A stretch of DNA of 55,853 nt from positions 1 to 55,853 of the forward strand of contig JADIMV010000083.1 of assembly GCA_017694515.1 (NCBI GenBank). The letters run 5' to 3'. This document shows, piece after piece, positions 1 through 11,500 of the stretch. The notes beneath the pieces are model-generated. The model did not search any database. It was not told the origin of the DNA and was given only the letters and a program-made list of their open reading frames with translations. This DNA is from Candidatus Aphodosoma intestinipullorum (GTDB taxonomy: Bacteria > Bacteroidota > Bacteroidia > Bacteroidales > Paludibacteraceae). Each line of letters starts with the position of its first letter. Position 1 is the first letter of the stretch. The translations under genes were made by a program, and so were the position numbers.

Positions 1-1
1 G

Positions 2-1888
2 GAGGTCGAACAGCCATTCTTCAACCTCAGCATCACAAAGGCCGACGGTTCGCCGCTTGGTGAATACGGCTGTGCCGAGGCATCCTTCACTTCCGGTTTC
101 AACACCGAGGACTGGGAGGTAGTCCCTGAACTCGAAGTGAACTGGAAGCCGTGGACCATCGTGGGCATCAACTTGCAGGACTATGACGGCGAAGACCTCA
201 AAATCAAACTGTCCACTTTCGACTGCACCCTTGGCGGCCACTACGGTTACGCCTATTTCACCCTCTCCTGTGACGATGGTCAGATTAAGGGGCTCAGCTG
301 TGGCGACAGCCCGGTGAACGCATTCAAGGCTCCCGACGGCTTCAACTACCGTTGGTTCGACTCCATCCAGCCCGATGTCACCCTCGGCACTGAGCAGGTC
401 TTCAGCGTCGGGCCTGACGATACACGCACATTCGGCTGCGATGTCATTCAGCCCACCAACGACAAATGCTACTACACTGTCTATGCCAAGGCAACGCCGC
501 GCTACCCCGTAGCCACGGGCGGCTGTGAGGCGAAAGTGGAGGAGTGCCAGAACGTGGTCGACTTCTCCAATGCCAGCTATGTGGCCTATGTCGACCCCTC
601 TACCAATGACACCACGGTCTCGGAGGACATGTGCGACAGCGTCTTTTGGGACTTTGGCGACGGTACAACCTCGTCCGAATGGGAGCCCGTGCACACATTC
701 CCCGAAAAGGGCGGCCGCTACACCGTAACCCTTAAAGCCGTATTGGCCGACTGTGAGGACGTACAGACCTTTGATATAGAACTGCCGCGCCTTGGCACTA
801 TCCGTGACACCACCACCGTCACCCTGTGCGGCGTGGAGGGCAAAGACCTCTACACTTGGACTGACGGCACTGGCAAGTCATACTATTACAGCGGTTTCTA
901 CTCCGACTCCCTTGTCAATGAGCTCACGGGCTGCGACTCCATCTCTGTCCTTGACCTCAGGTACTTCGCCCCCGCCGACACCACTCTCTATGACACCATC
1001 TGCTCCGGTGAGATATACACCTTCTTTGGCGATACGCTGACCGGAAGCGGCACTTATGTCAAGGACACCCTTACGGCCAACGGTTGTGACTCTGTGATAA
1101 CCCTCGAACTGAAAGTGAACGAGACCCTCATCCTCGATTTCTCCGACAGCTACTCTTTCTGTGCGGACGACACTGCGTTCATCCTCCCGTTCGCCGTCTC
1201 CTCCGGCACACCATCCACTTTCGACATGACCTTCGCCGATGAGTCCATGGCCTTCCTCAACCTCTCCGGTGCGGAGGCGGCCGATACGGCCATAGTGATA
1301 GGGCAGGACACGCTCATTGACCCAGGTGCCTACGCTGTGAAACTGACCTTCTACAACAGCGACTGCGGTAACTATGAGAAGGAGCTTACACTCTCCGTCC
1401 TTTATCCCGACTCCATAATAGCGCAACGTTGGAACGATGTACTCGGCGTGCGTACGGCGGACTTCAATGGCGGTTATGAGTTCAGCGCCTACCAGTGGTA
1501 CGAGAACGGCTCTCCGCTCACTGGCGAGATTGACCCCATCCTCTATCGCCCGGAGGGTCTCGACCCCACTTCTGAATATCAGGTCTTGCTCACTCGTCTG
1601 GACGATAATGTCTCCATGTTCTCATGCCCGCTTGTGCCTCGTCAGTACAGTGACATTGAGGTGATGCCCACAGTCACCTTTGCTGGTGACGGCATAGGTG
1701 TCAAGAGCGGCGTGGCTGGCATGGCGCGCCTCTGGACAGTCACGGGGCTGCTGGTCAAGACCATAAGCCTCTCCGATGGCGTGACGCGCATCCCCGCTCC
1801 ATCTGCCGTCGGCACATACATCCTTGAAATAATCCTCGACGACGGGCAGACCCGTTCGGAGAAAATAATCGTAAAACAAACCCACTAA
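2..1888 (+). CDS. A-type T9SS-sorted surface protein; 5' end lies outside the window
   Basis: The frame is open from nt 2 (EVEQPFFNLSITKADG...), so the GTG listed at 137 is internal. It aligns with the C-terminal ~620 residues of the 47600..50677 paralog: HYGYAYFTLSC, a PKD-like WDFGDGT motif, two C..GCDS..L.L.V repeats and a QRWNDVL..QWYENG module. It ends in a T9SS-type C-terminal domain (...GTYILEIILDDGQTRSEKIIVKQTH). Confidence 0.85.
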   Translation, partial: EVEQPFFNLSITKADGSPLGEYGCAEASFTSGFNTEDWEVVPELEVNWKPWTIVGINLQDYDGEDLKIKLSTFDCTLGGHYGYAYFTLSCDDGQIKGLSCGDSPVNAFKAPDGFNYRWFDSIQPDVTLGTEQVFSVGPDDTRTFGCDVIQPTNDKCYYTVYAKATPRYPVATGGCEAKVEECQNVVDFSNASYVAYVDPSTNDTTVSEDMCDSVFWDFGDGTTSSEWEPVHTFPEKGGRYTVTLKAVLADCEDVQTFDIELPRLGTIRDTTTVTLCGVEGKDLYTWTDGTGKSYYYSGFYSDSLVNELTGCDSISVLDLRYFAPADTTLYDTICSGEIYTFFGDTLTGSGTYVKDTLTANGCDSVITLELKVNETLILDFSDSYSFCADDTAFILPFAVSSGTPSTFDMTFADESMAFLNLSGAEAADTAIVIGQDTLIDPGAYAVKLTFYNSDCGNYEKELTLSVLYPDSIIAQRWNDVLGVRTADFNGGYEFSAYQWYENGSPLTGEIDPILYRPEGLDPTSEYQVLLTRLDDNVSMFSCPLVPRQYSDIEVMPTVTFAGDGIGVKSGVAGMARLWTVTGLLVKTISLSDGVTRIPAPSAVGTYILEIILDDGQTRSEKIIVKQTH

Positions 1889-1901
1889 AACCCATACAGC
1901 T

Positions 1902-4900
1902 ATGTCATTGAGAAAGATACGTTTCGCGCTTTGCGCCCTCCTCTTGTTGATGGGCGCGGCTGCTGCCTCTGCGCAGGTGAACATACAGATACCCTACCAG
2001 TGCAGCTTCGAAGACCCCGCCGAAAACGCTAACTGGGTACTTAACTCCGGGATAAACCCGCCCGCTGACCAGGCTCTGCATTTTGACCGCTGGTACATAG
2101 AGCGCGCCGCGCAGACTGATGGCCTTTACTCCCTCTTCATCTCCAACGACGGGGGACTTACCACTCAGTACGACGTGAAGTCTAACATCATAGTCGCGTA
2201 CAGGGAGATTGCCATGCCCGCCGGCAACTTCGAGTTCTCATTTGACTGGAAGAACAATGCCCCCGAGGACAAAGCCACATGCGGACTCTATGTCTGCCTC
2301 ATCCCCGCCAACATGTTCTCCGCGCCGCAGTCTGACCCCTCGAGCAGCACCATACAGCGCTGGCTCAGCTTCGCGCAGAGCATCGAGACGGAGGGTCAGT
2401 CCGAACCCTCTCCGCTCAAAGGCTCTCTCGACTGGAAGAACAGCTCCTTTACTCAGCAGTTCAACGGAACTGGCGAAACCTACTACCTCACCTTCGCTTG
2501 GCTGAACGAGGAGCGTACGGACACTCTGGCGAACTCCATAAGCGCCTGCGTTGACAACATACAGATAACAAGCAAGGCTTGTGCCAAACCTACTGATCTC
2601 ACCGTGGAGACCATGTGTGACACCATCAAGGTCTCTTGGGAGGGCATCTGCGACTGGTACGACCTCGAATACAAGCAGAGCGGCAGCTTGGAGTGGCGCA
2701 AGATCTCCCGCCTCCGTACCAACAGCCATATCCTCTCCGGTGTAGACGAAGGGGTATACGACTTCCGCGTGCGCGGCATCTGCTATGACTCTGTTTACAG
2801 TGCCTACGCCTATAAGAATAGCAATCTCCTCTTCTGCCCGGAGAATCATTGCATAAACTATGTCGACTTGCAGAACGCGGCAAACTGCTATGTCGGCACA
2901 TTCAAATCTTATGAACAGGACATTTTCACCCCTACAAAACCGGTGGATTTCGGGTCTGACGATGTCCGTAGCCGTCATGTGGTCAATATGGCGCGAAACC
3001 AGTTCGACCCCCGCACTAACTACGCGCTCCGCACTATACCCGAGGGCGAGATGGCATCTGTACGCCTCGGAAACTGGAATACCGGCGCGGAGATGGAGCG
3101 AATAGAATACACATATACCGTCGATTGCGATGTGGCCTCTATCCTTCTCCTCAAATATGCCATAGTCTTTGAAGACCCTGAGCACGTAAAAGAAGAGCAG
3201 CCGCACTTTGACCTCATTCTGCTTGACGAGGACGGCAATCAGATTGACCCCACTTGCGGTGCGGCAAACTTCTATGCCGATCGCCGTGCTAAGGGATGGA
3301 CGGCTATATCCACCGGTTTCGGCAGCACTATTGTATGGAAAGACTGGACCACCCTCGGCGTGAACCTCGAAGAGTACGACGGTCAGACCATCACCATACA
3401 GATTACCGCACGTGACTGTGCCGCCTCAGGCCACTACGGCTACGCCTATTTCACCCTCGACTGTGCCGAGGGTGAGATTGAGAGCCTCAGTTGTGGTGCG
3501 CTCGATTACATGACCGTGAAAGCCCCCGACGGCTTTAACTATCAGTGGTTCACTGAGTATGAATATGTCACTGACGCTAATGGCAATGTGATTGACAGCC
3601 TGCCCGGTAACGACAAGGGCACCACTCAGGAGATACAGATTGAGGCAAGCAACCGTGATGTCTACTACTGCCGCTGCTCGTTCAAGGACGAGAACCCCGA
3701 AAAGGCCGCATGCTACTTTGACCTCCACACCGTGATTGCACCTCGTGAGCCTTATGCCGATTTCCAGTGGGAGTGGGCGCCTGAGAACTGCCAGAACCGC
3801 GTGAAGTTCTACAACCGCAGCCACGTCCTGACTAAGGTGGACGGCAATATCGAACACACCTCCGAACCTACTCAGACCACATATTGGACGGTGAACGGTC
3901 AGATGGAACTTATGAACGATTTCATATACAATGTACCCCCCGAGGGTGACACCCTTGAAGTCTCTCTCTTGGCAGGTATATCTAACGATGAGTGTCAGGA
4001 CGACACGACACTGATAATCCCCATACCCTCCATACTCAGCGTCACCGACACCGTCGACTCCACCGTCTGTGAGGGTACGCCCGTCCAGTGGGGCAAGACC
4101 GTCACCTCACAGGCCGGATACATCCCCGACTCTGCCCTCAACATCGCGGGCTGTGACAGCGTCACAGTGCTCAACCTCAAAGTCATACCCGCCATCCCCG
4201 ACACAAAGATTGCTGATACCATATGCTATGGCGACTCTGTGTTGTTCAACGGTCGGTGGCTCAAGGAGACCGGCGAATACCCCCTTTGGGGTGAAACCTC
4301 CGCCGGGTGCGACAGCGTCGTCGTATTCGACCTCACAGTCAGGGACAAGGTTGAGTTCTCCTACGAGGTTACTGATGTGGCGGACAACCCCGGTTCGGGC
4401 GCGATAAGGATAACCGATGCCCCCAAGGGCTACACCTACACGCTCAACGGTGTCGAGGTCGCCCCGCTCACCCACCTCAACGGGGGCTACTATAACCTGA
4501 TTGTCTACGACTCCGTGGGATGCCCCAGCGAGGAGACAGAGATATTCATCAATCAGGACTGCTTGGAGTTCTCCCTCCTCGCCGACACACCCTATACCGT
4601 CTGCGGCGATGAGGACTCCATCGTTCTCCCGTGCTCCTTCTCCGCCGGTGCTCCCACCACATACTCCATCGCCTATGGCGAAAAGGCTCTTGCCGCAGGA
4701 TTTGTGGATTACAGGGACACCTTCGATGTGGACGAGATAACAATCCTCCTGCCTGACTCCTGTCGTCCGGACTACTACACCGCCGACCTCACAGTCAGGG
4801 ACATCATCTGTGAGGACACCGTGATTCCGCTCCGTTTCGTCGTCTACTATCCCTCATCTGTCGTGCGTCAAAAGTGGAACAATGTCCTTGCCGTGACCAA

Positions 4901-5342
4901 CGACAAATACAACGGCGGCTACACATTCTCAGCATTCCAGTGGTATAGGGACGGCCTGCCCCTCACTGGGGAGATAGGCTCTTACCTCTATCTCGGGGAG
5001 GATGCGGCTCTTGACACTGCCGCTGACTACCATGTGCTCCTGACGCGTTTGGACGATGGGGTATCCGTCCCCACCTGTCCCTTCAGACCGGCCGTCCGCA
5101 CCGATGTGGCCGATTACCCGGTTCCCGCCACATCTGTCGCCTTTGCCGGTGCGCCAATGCGGATACTCAATGTATGTGAGGCGACTGAAGTCTTGCTCTT
5201 CAACTCCGCAGGCCAGCTCCTTTGGAGTGGTAGCGTGGCTTCCTCTGCCGATGAAGTGCCGATGCCCGGCATACCCGGCGTATATATGATGGTCATACAG
5301 ACCGAAAGCCTCTGCACGCCCCACAAGCTGATTGTCCGATGA
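1902..5342 (+). CDS. B-type T9SS-sorted surface protein (MAM-like N-domain, FN3, conserved core, GCDS repeats, T9SS CTD)
   Basis: 1146-aa ORF starting 13 nt after the A gene. Signal peptide MSLRKIRFALCALLLLMGAAAASAQ. MAM-like N-module (PYQCSFEDPAENANW...FEFSFDW). FN3-like module (VSWEG..YDLEYK..GVYDFRVRGIC). Core FCPENHCINYVDL...HYGYAYFTLDC. Two GCDS repeats. C-terminus ...GVYMMVIQTESLCTPHKLIVR. Confidence 0.9.
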   Translation: MSLRKIRFALCALLLLMGAAAASAQVNIQIPYQCSFEDPAENANWVLNSGINPPADQALHFDRWYIERAAQTDGLYSLFISNDGGLTTQYDVKSNIIVAYREIAMPAGNFEFSFDWKNNAPEDKATCGLYVCLIPANMFSAPQSDPSSSTIQRWLSFAQSIETEGQSEPSPLKGSLDWKNSSFTQQFNGTGETYYLTFAWLNEERTDTLANSISACVDNIQITSKACAKPTDLTVETMCDTIKVSWEGICDWYDLEYKQSGSLEWRKISRLRTNSHILSGVDEGVYDFRVRGICYDSVYSAYAYKNSNLLFCPENHCINYVDLQNAANCYVGTFKSYEQDIFTPTKPVDFGSDDVRSRHVVNMARNQFDPRTNYALRTIPEGEMASVRLGNWNTGAEMERIEYTYTVDCDVASILLLKYAIVFEDPEHVKEEQPHFDLILLDEDGNQIDPTCGAANFYADRRAKGWTAISTGFGSTIVWKDWTTLGVNLEEYDGQTITIQITARDCAASGHYGYAYFTLDCAEGEIESLSCGALDYMTVKAPDGFNYQWFTEYEYVTDANGNVIDSLPGNDKGTTQEIQIEASNRDVYYCRCSFKDENPEKAACYFDLHTVIAPREPYADFQWEWAPENCQNRVKFYNRSHVLTKVDGNIEHTSEPTQTTYWTVNGQMELMNDFIYNVPPEGDTLEVSLLAGISNDECQDDTTLIIPIPSILSVTDTVDSTVCEGTPVQWGKTVTSQAGYIPDSALNIAGCDSVTVLNLKVIPAIPDTKIADTICYGDSVLFNGRWLKETGEYPLWGETSAGCDSVVVFDLTVRDKVEFSYEVTDVADNPGSGAIRITDAPKGYTYTLNGVEVAPLTHLNGGYYNLIVYDSVGCPSEETEIFINQDCLEFSLLADTPYTVCGDEDSIVLPCSFSAGAPTTYSIAYGEKALAAGFVDYRDTFDVDEITILLPDSCRPDYYTADLTVRDIICEDTVIPLRFVVYYPSSVVRQKWNNVLAVTNDKYNGGYTFSAFQWYRDGLPLTGEIGSYLYLGEDAALDTAADYHVLLTRLDDGVSVPTCPFRPAVRTDVADYPVPATSVAFAGAPMRILNVCEATEVLLFNSAGQLLWSGSVASSADEVPMPGIPGVYMMVIQTESLCTPHKLIVR

Positions 5343-5549
5343 GCGGTGTCCACTGTAGTCGCTTTTTCGCCTCTTGCCCCGCTGCTCGTTTGCGGAAATC
5401 TCCCGCCCTCCCGCAGCAGGGCTCAGGTGTGGCCAGGCCATTGATAACATAGTGCACGGCAAAGCCAACGGCGCACGCACGCTGACAGCTCTGCTGAATA
5501 ACAAGAACAAAACCAATTAACCTTTATACTAACTTTAATTTTTACCACT

Positions 5550-8500
5550 ATGAAACGACCTTCTTTACTGAAAGTGTTGCTGCTGGCAATGTTATTGCCG
5601 GTGTCGTTGGTGTCGTGGGGGCAGGATGCATCTGCCTCGATACTCATCAACGAGAGTTTCGGTGATGGTATCCCTGAGGACTGGACGCAGGAGCATGTCG
5701 TCGGCAGTCTCGACTGGGTACTTGACACGCAGAGCGATTTCCCCGATGGAACTCGCGAGGGCGATGGAGCGCGCATTGCGTTCCGCAATACTACTGGACA
5801 GACACAGGGTTGGCGCACTAAGCTTGTCACCCCCGTGCTTGACCTCTCTCTGAACAAAATCACCAACCCTATCCTCATCATCACCCATGCGCAGGAGAAG
5901 ATGACCGGGGACTTCGACACGCTTACCATCTGGTTCAAGACCGCAGCTGATGGCGATTGGAAAGAGCTTAAAAAGTTTGACAGTTACATCTCTTTCTGGC
6001 AGACTGACACCATCCCGTTGCAGCAGCCCGGCGCATACTATCAGCTAGCTTTTGAGGGCAGCGACAACTACGGACACGGTGTCGTGATTGACAACGTGAT
6101 TGTCATGCCTAATCCCGCCTGCATGCAGCCGCACAACGTCCAGATTTGGGATTTGTCTAACACCTCGGCACAGATATTCTGGCTGGCGGGAAATAACGCG
6201 AATGGCTACAATGTGAAGATTGACACCGTGCCCCTCTCCCGTGAACAGTTGAATGCTGGGGTCAAGGCGAGTGTGGTCGATGAGCACATCTCCGGCTCCA
6301 CTTCGCTCTTCTCCACTGACAAGTTGGAGACCAACACCACATACTATTTCTATGTACAGGCCGAGTGTCCTCTCGACAACAGCGCATGGTCTGAGGAGTT
6401 CTCGTTCCGCACGGCGGTACTAAGGACGCTCCCTTTCCGTGAGACTTTCGATACATTGGTTACTGGCTATATAAGTCGTAATCCAAGGTGGACATTCATG
6501 AGTGAGACAGACTTCTTGCCTTTCAATAATACCAACTCGGATACTTACGATTTGTCTGCTTATTCCCCTGATGCGACAGTCGCTCTCCTATTGGCGGGAG
6601 ACGATTATCCTGGCCCGATAGAGGCCAATAAATACGCTTATGTAGCATCTCCACGCCTTGTGGTGGATGACCTTTCGAAAGTACAAGTCTCTTTCTATGC
6701 CTCATATAAAAGCTATGGGCAGATGACTTCGCCTTATATGTCGAAGATCTACATAGGAGGCATGACCAATACGCAGGATTATAACACTTTTGTAAAGGTA
6801 GACAGTGTGGAATTTTATAATGCGAATTCTCAGAGAGAGTTTACCGTCTCTTTCATTGGCCATCCCGAGGTGGCTGAGTGCAAGTATGTGGCTTTCATGT
6901 CTGACTTCGATGCCTCTAATTTCATGGCGATAGACGATGTGAACGTATGGATACCGGGGAAGTGTCCCGAGCCGGCTAATGTGAAGGCGATGGCGATGTC
7001 AGGCACTGATTTGCGTGTGACATGGAACAGGAGCGGTGCGCCGGGCGGCAATGTAGTGGTGTCGCAAACGGAGGTGACGGATTTCTCGTCTCTTCCGCAG
7101 GGCGCGACAAAGAAGGCTCTGGAAGCGGGGAAGGACACTGTGGACTTCACTGTGGAAGAGTGGACGGAGTATTATGTCTATGTGCAGAATGTGGCGGCCG
7201 ACGGGACTGTGAGCGGATGGAGCGAGGCCGAGTGGCTGCGTATGCCACAGAGCCGCACTTCGCCTGTGAAAAATGTACCTGTTCTGTTTGATTTCGAAGA
7301 TGAAGAGCGTTATCTGATAGATGGTACTGTATTTTCAGAACCTGAAATGGTCGCTGGTATACAGGGGTTTAGAAATATTGCTGGCAGCATGCCTTGTGTG
7401 GAGAGATCTGGAATACCAGTAGAAAAGAGTTCTAAAAATGAAGTCCGGGTTAATGTTTACAATTATCCGGGTCACTCATACACGGTTTTCCCTGCAATAG
7501 ACGGACTGGCTCAATGCCGCGTGGTGCTGTGGGCGTATTATACCAGTGGACGTGATTATGGAATGTTTGAGGTCGGTATAATGGATGATGCTAATGACAT
7601 ACACTCTTTCGTGCCTGTGGATACACTTGTTCTTACCTCCTCTTGGGAAAGGTACTCGGTAGACCTTGATAGTTACAGTGGTAATGGAAAATTCCTTGCT
7701 TTTAAGGCTTTATATAAGGGTACTCCAGATGGTAATACATTCGGGTTTGACAACGTAAGGATAGAGGAGATACCGCAGTGCATCGAAGCTGTCAATGTGC
7801 AGATTACTCCCGGTGAGACCACTGCGGAGGTCACTTGGGACGCTATGGCTGCCGCCACCGCTTGGGAGGTCAAGGCCTCGGCGGAAAAGATAGACTATTC
7901 CGAGCTTGAGACTGTAGACCAGGGTAAGTTCCTCCCTGTTGAGGTCACAGGCAATAAGGCTCTCGTCTCTGGCCTCATTCCGGGGTTGAACACCTACTAC
8001 GTCTGGGTGCGACCCGTCTGTGGTGAGGGTACTTATGGCGATTGGACTGCCCCGATAGAGTTTAAATCTCTTTGTAAAGCTAAGGAGTCTCTTCCTTACG
8101 TGCTTGACTTTGAGGGGTATCCTACGATGGATCCGTATTGGGAGGAGTATAAGGAGATGCCTATCCCGTGTGTTTATTTCGGTACGGTTACTAATACGAA
8201 CGGCTATGTGATATCTCCAAATATAACTGCTTATAGAACAAAACAGGGTAGCAGGAGTATGGAATTCGATGGCTCTGCTGATTTTAACTGGATTGCTATG
8301 CCTGAGATGAATGCCGACATAAATGACTTGCAGGTCTCTTTCTGGTTCGCTAAAAGTAGCGGTGGAAGTGGCCCTGCTCATGTACGTGTTGGTGTGATGA
8401 CTGATCCATTGGACTCTACCACTTTTGAGACGGTAGGAATATACACTTCTGAGGAAGGTTATGGTGTTTGGACTGAGGTGATATGCCCCTTCACGGACTA

Positions 8501-11500
8501 TCAGGGCACAGGTAAACACATAGCCATCATGGCTCACAAGGCGGACGATTCTCCGCAATTCTTTGTCGATACTATCGCTGTGGATGCTAAGCTCCCCTGC
8601 ATAAAGGTCTCGCATCCCGAAGCTCTCGACATTACGGCAAACACGGCCACTCTCTCGTGGGAGAAAGGTGATAAGGAGTCCGAGTGGTACGTGATTGTCT
8701 CCACCCGCACATTCTCTTCCGAGGAACTCGAGCAGATATATGCCGACTCTTACTCTGGCGATGGCGTGGCTTTCAGTGGCTTTGTTGACCAGAATCCATA
8801 TCAGGCAAAAGACCTCGCTGCCGACACATACTACTACTTCTATGTGCGCTCCGTCTGTGACAAGGCGGAGGGCGTATACGGCGATTGGGCTACCCGCACG
8901 GGTGAGTTCCGCACCAAGTGCGATGCCGCTATCCCCGGCGAGACCTTCTACGACTTCGAGTCCTCCGGCGGTGAGGGTGCTGTTCCTTCTTGTTGGAGCG
9001 GCAACGGTGATTTGGTTGTGGGCGGTGATGACTATTATCACTATCCGGAGGCGCACAGCGGCAGCATGATCGCTTCTATTGGCTCTTATAGTGGCGGTTA
9101 TCTGCACACGATAAACATATCCTGTGAGGACATTGATGAGGTGCAGGTCTCTTTCTGGGCCTCTGCTAAAACGAATGTGACGGAACGCATCCCGTTGGAG
9201 GTTGGCGTACTCTTCAATCCTAACGACATCTCCTCTTACGTGGCTGTTGACACCGTATGGCTCTATCCCGAGTTCCAGTTCTACACTGTGAAGTTTGATA
9301 ACTATGCAGGCGATGCATACGGTAACCGTGGCAAGTACATCATGTTCTCTAACCGCGATTTGGCTGGGGCTGCCGAGTGCTACATTGACGATGTCTCCAT
9401 CGACCTCAAACCCGACTGCGCTCCCGCTGATGTTGTCATTGACTCCATCGGAGAGGCTGGTGTTGAGGTGAAGTTCGTGGGTGGTAAGGCCCCGTACAAC
9501 TATGTCGTCTCATCTGAGAACATTGACCCCACTCAGTTCAACCCTGACCTCAGCGATATCAAGGTCACATCTGAGACGGAACATCTCATCGATGGTCTCA
9601 CTCCGCTCACTGAGTACTTCCTCTACGTAAGCTCCGCTTGCGGTGACGGGGGTTACCTCTGGTCTGCCCCGATTCGCTTCACTACGGCCTGTCTATCTGT
9701 ATGGCCGCTCCCCTATGAGGAGAATTTCAATAAGTATAACCAGTATGAGACATCGACAGGTGGTCTGTTCGTAAAAGTGCCAGACTGCTGGACTACAGTA
9801 TTCAATGGCAGCAGCAGGCCGGACTTTACTGTCTTTAATGGCAACAATAGGGCTGACGGCAACTGCCTGCTGGCCAACATGGGCGGCACTGACGGCGAGA
9901 AGGAATACATCGTCCTGCCCGGGGTGGATAAACCCATAGAGGAGTGTCAGGTAGAGTTCCGTATGCAGGACAGCTGGTGGTCTCGCACAGCGCAGGCTCG
10001 CATCGTAGTTGGTGTCGTGGAGGATATCTCAAATCAGGCTACAATAGACTCTACTTTTGTCGGACTGGACACAATCACTCAGCGCAGTGACATCTTCACA
10101 CCCTGCAAGGTGAAGATGGATAACTATCAGGGCGAGGGTGGCAATATAGCCATACTTGTCTATCTGGACGGTGACCAGTATGTCTATGACCTCTATTTAG
10201 ATGACATAGTCATACGTCACACTCCCCCTTGCCCCATGCCTTTCGACCCGAAAGTCAAGGTTTATGACGATGAGTCTATAACCATAGAGTTTGACAATTC
10301 GGACGGCGGCTCGGAGTGGGAAGTGAAATGCGGTGTTAAGGGCTTCGACCCGTCGACGGCATCTGCCGTGAAGTTCTCGTCTTCCGTTTACACCGTCACC
10401 GGCTTGCAGCCCGAGACTCTCTATGACATATACATCCGTACCCTCTGTCCCGATGTGGCGGAGATGACCGAGAGCAGTTGGGTGATGATTTCCGGACGCA
10501 CATCCGCTCCTGCCGTCAAGGATGAGGACTATCCGCTTGAGGACGACATGTCTGAAAATAAAGACGACTGGAAGCCCACGGAGAGCGAGGAGATTGAGAT
10601 GGTCAACCAGTGGTATATCGCCGATAATAAGGAGATAGACGGCCGGACGGGCACGATGATGTATATCTCCGAGGACGGCGGTACGACCTGCAGCTATAAC
10701 GAGGACGAGAATTCCGCCGTAATACACAGGGTCATGAAGTTCGACGTGGGTCGCTACACGCTCAGCTTCAATTACAATGTGACCGGTTATGAGGACTGGG
10801 GCGATCCGGCTGACTATCTCCGCATTGCGATGATGCCTGAGGCTTATACAATCGGATTTGACGATTATGGCGATATGTACTTGTATGACGAGTACGGCAC
10901 GGATTATGATATGGGTCCCTATGGTGATGACCTGCCTGAGGACTTCGTCGATTTGGGCAGTTACTATCTCTCCGGCGGTTGGCAGGAAGGGAATATCCAC
11001 ATCGATATAGCTCCGGGAAATGAAGGCATATTCAAGATTGTCTTCATGTGGATTGTCGATGGATGGAGCTACCCGGACGCTACCTCACCTTCGGCGGCCA
11101 TAATGGACTTCTCTGCTGATTACAGTCCGTGCGTTGAGCCGAAGAATGTCAGGTGCGATGCGGTTGGGGTCACTACTGCCGGCCTCTCTTGGACTCCGAT
11201 GGCCAAAGAGGAGTACACCACCTACGATGTCTATGTGACAGGCACGACAGACCTCCAGACACCTCCGGCTGCTGATGCGGAGGATGCCGGTATGGTGCTC
11301 CACGAAGAGTTCGCTGACACTGCGGCAAGCATTGATGTCCTGAAAGAGAATACGCCGTACATAGCGTTTGTCCGCCTCAAATGCGGCGAGGGCGACTATT
11401 CTCCTTGGAGCGCGCCTTCGGCTGTGTTCCGCACCGACTGTGGTCCCACTGAGGTAGACCGCCTCTACAGCTTCGAGGAGAGCGAGGGTCATGAGCTCTA

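Noticed and set aside
7710-9107. Long antisense or overlapping ORFs inside the giant genes and other confident CDSs. Examples: 2238..3206(-), 7710..9107(-), 11085..12143(-), 36094..36849(+), 48524..49258(+), 52583..53839(-), 17009..17767(-), 21940..22695(+).
   Set aside because: Each lies entirely within, and opposite or out of frame to, a CDS with strong family motifs. Their products are R/H/V/G-rich low-complexity strings with no recognisable motifs. Long shadow ORFs are expected in moderately GC-rich coding DNA.
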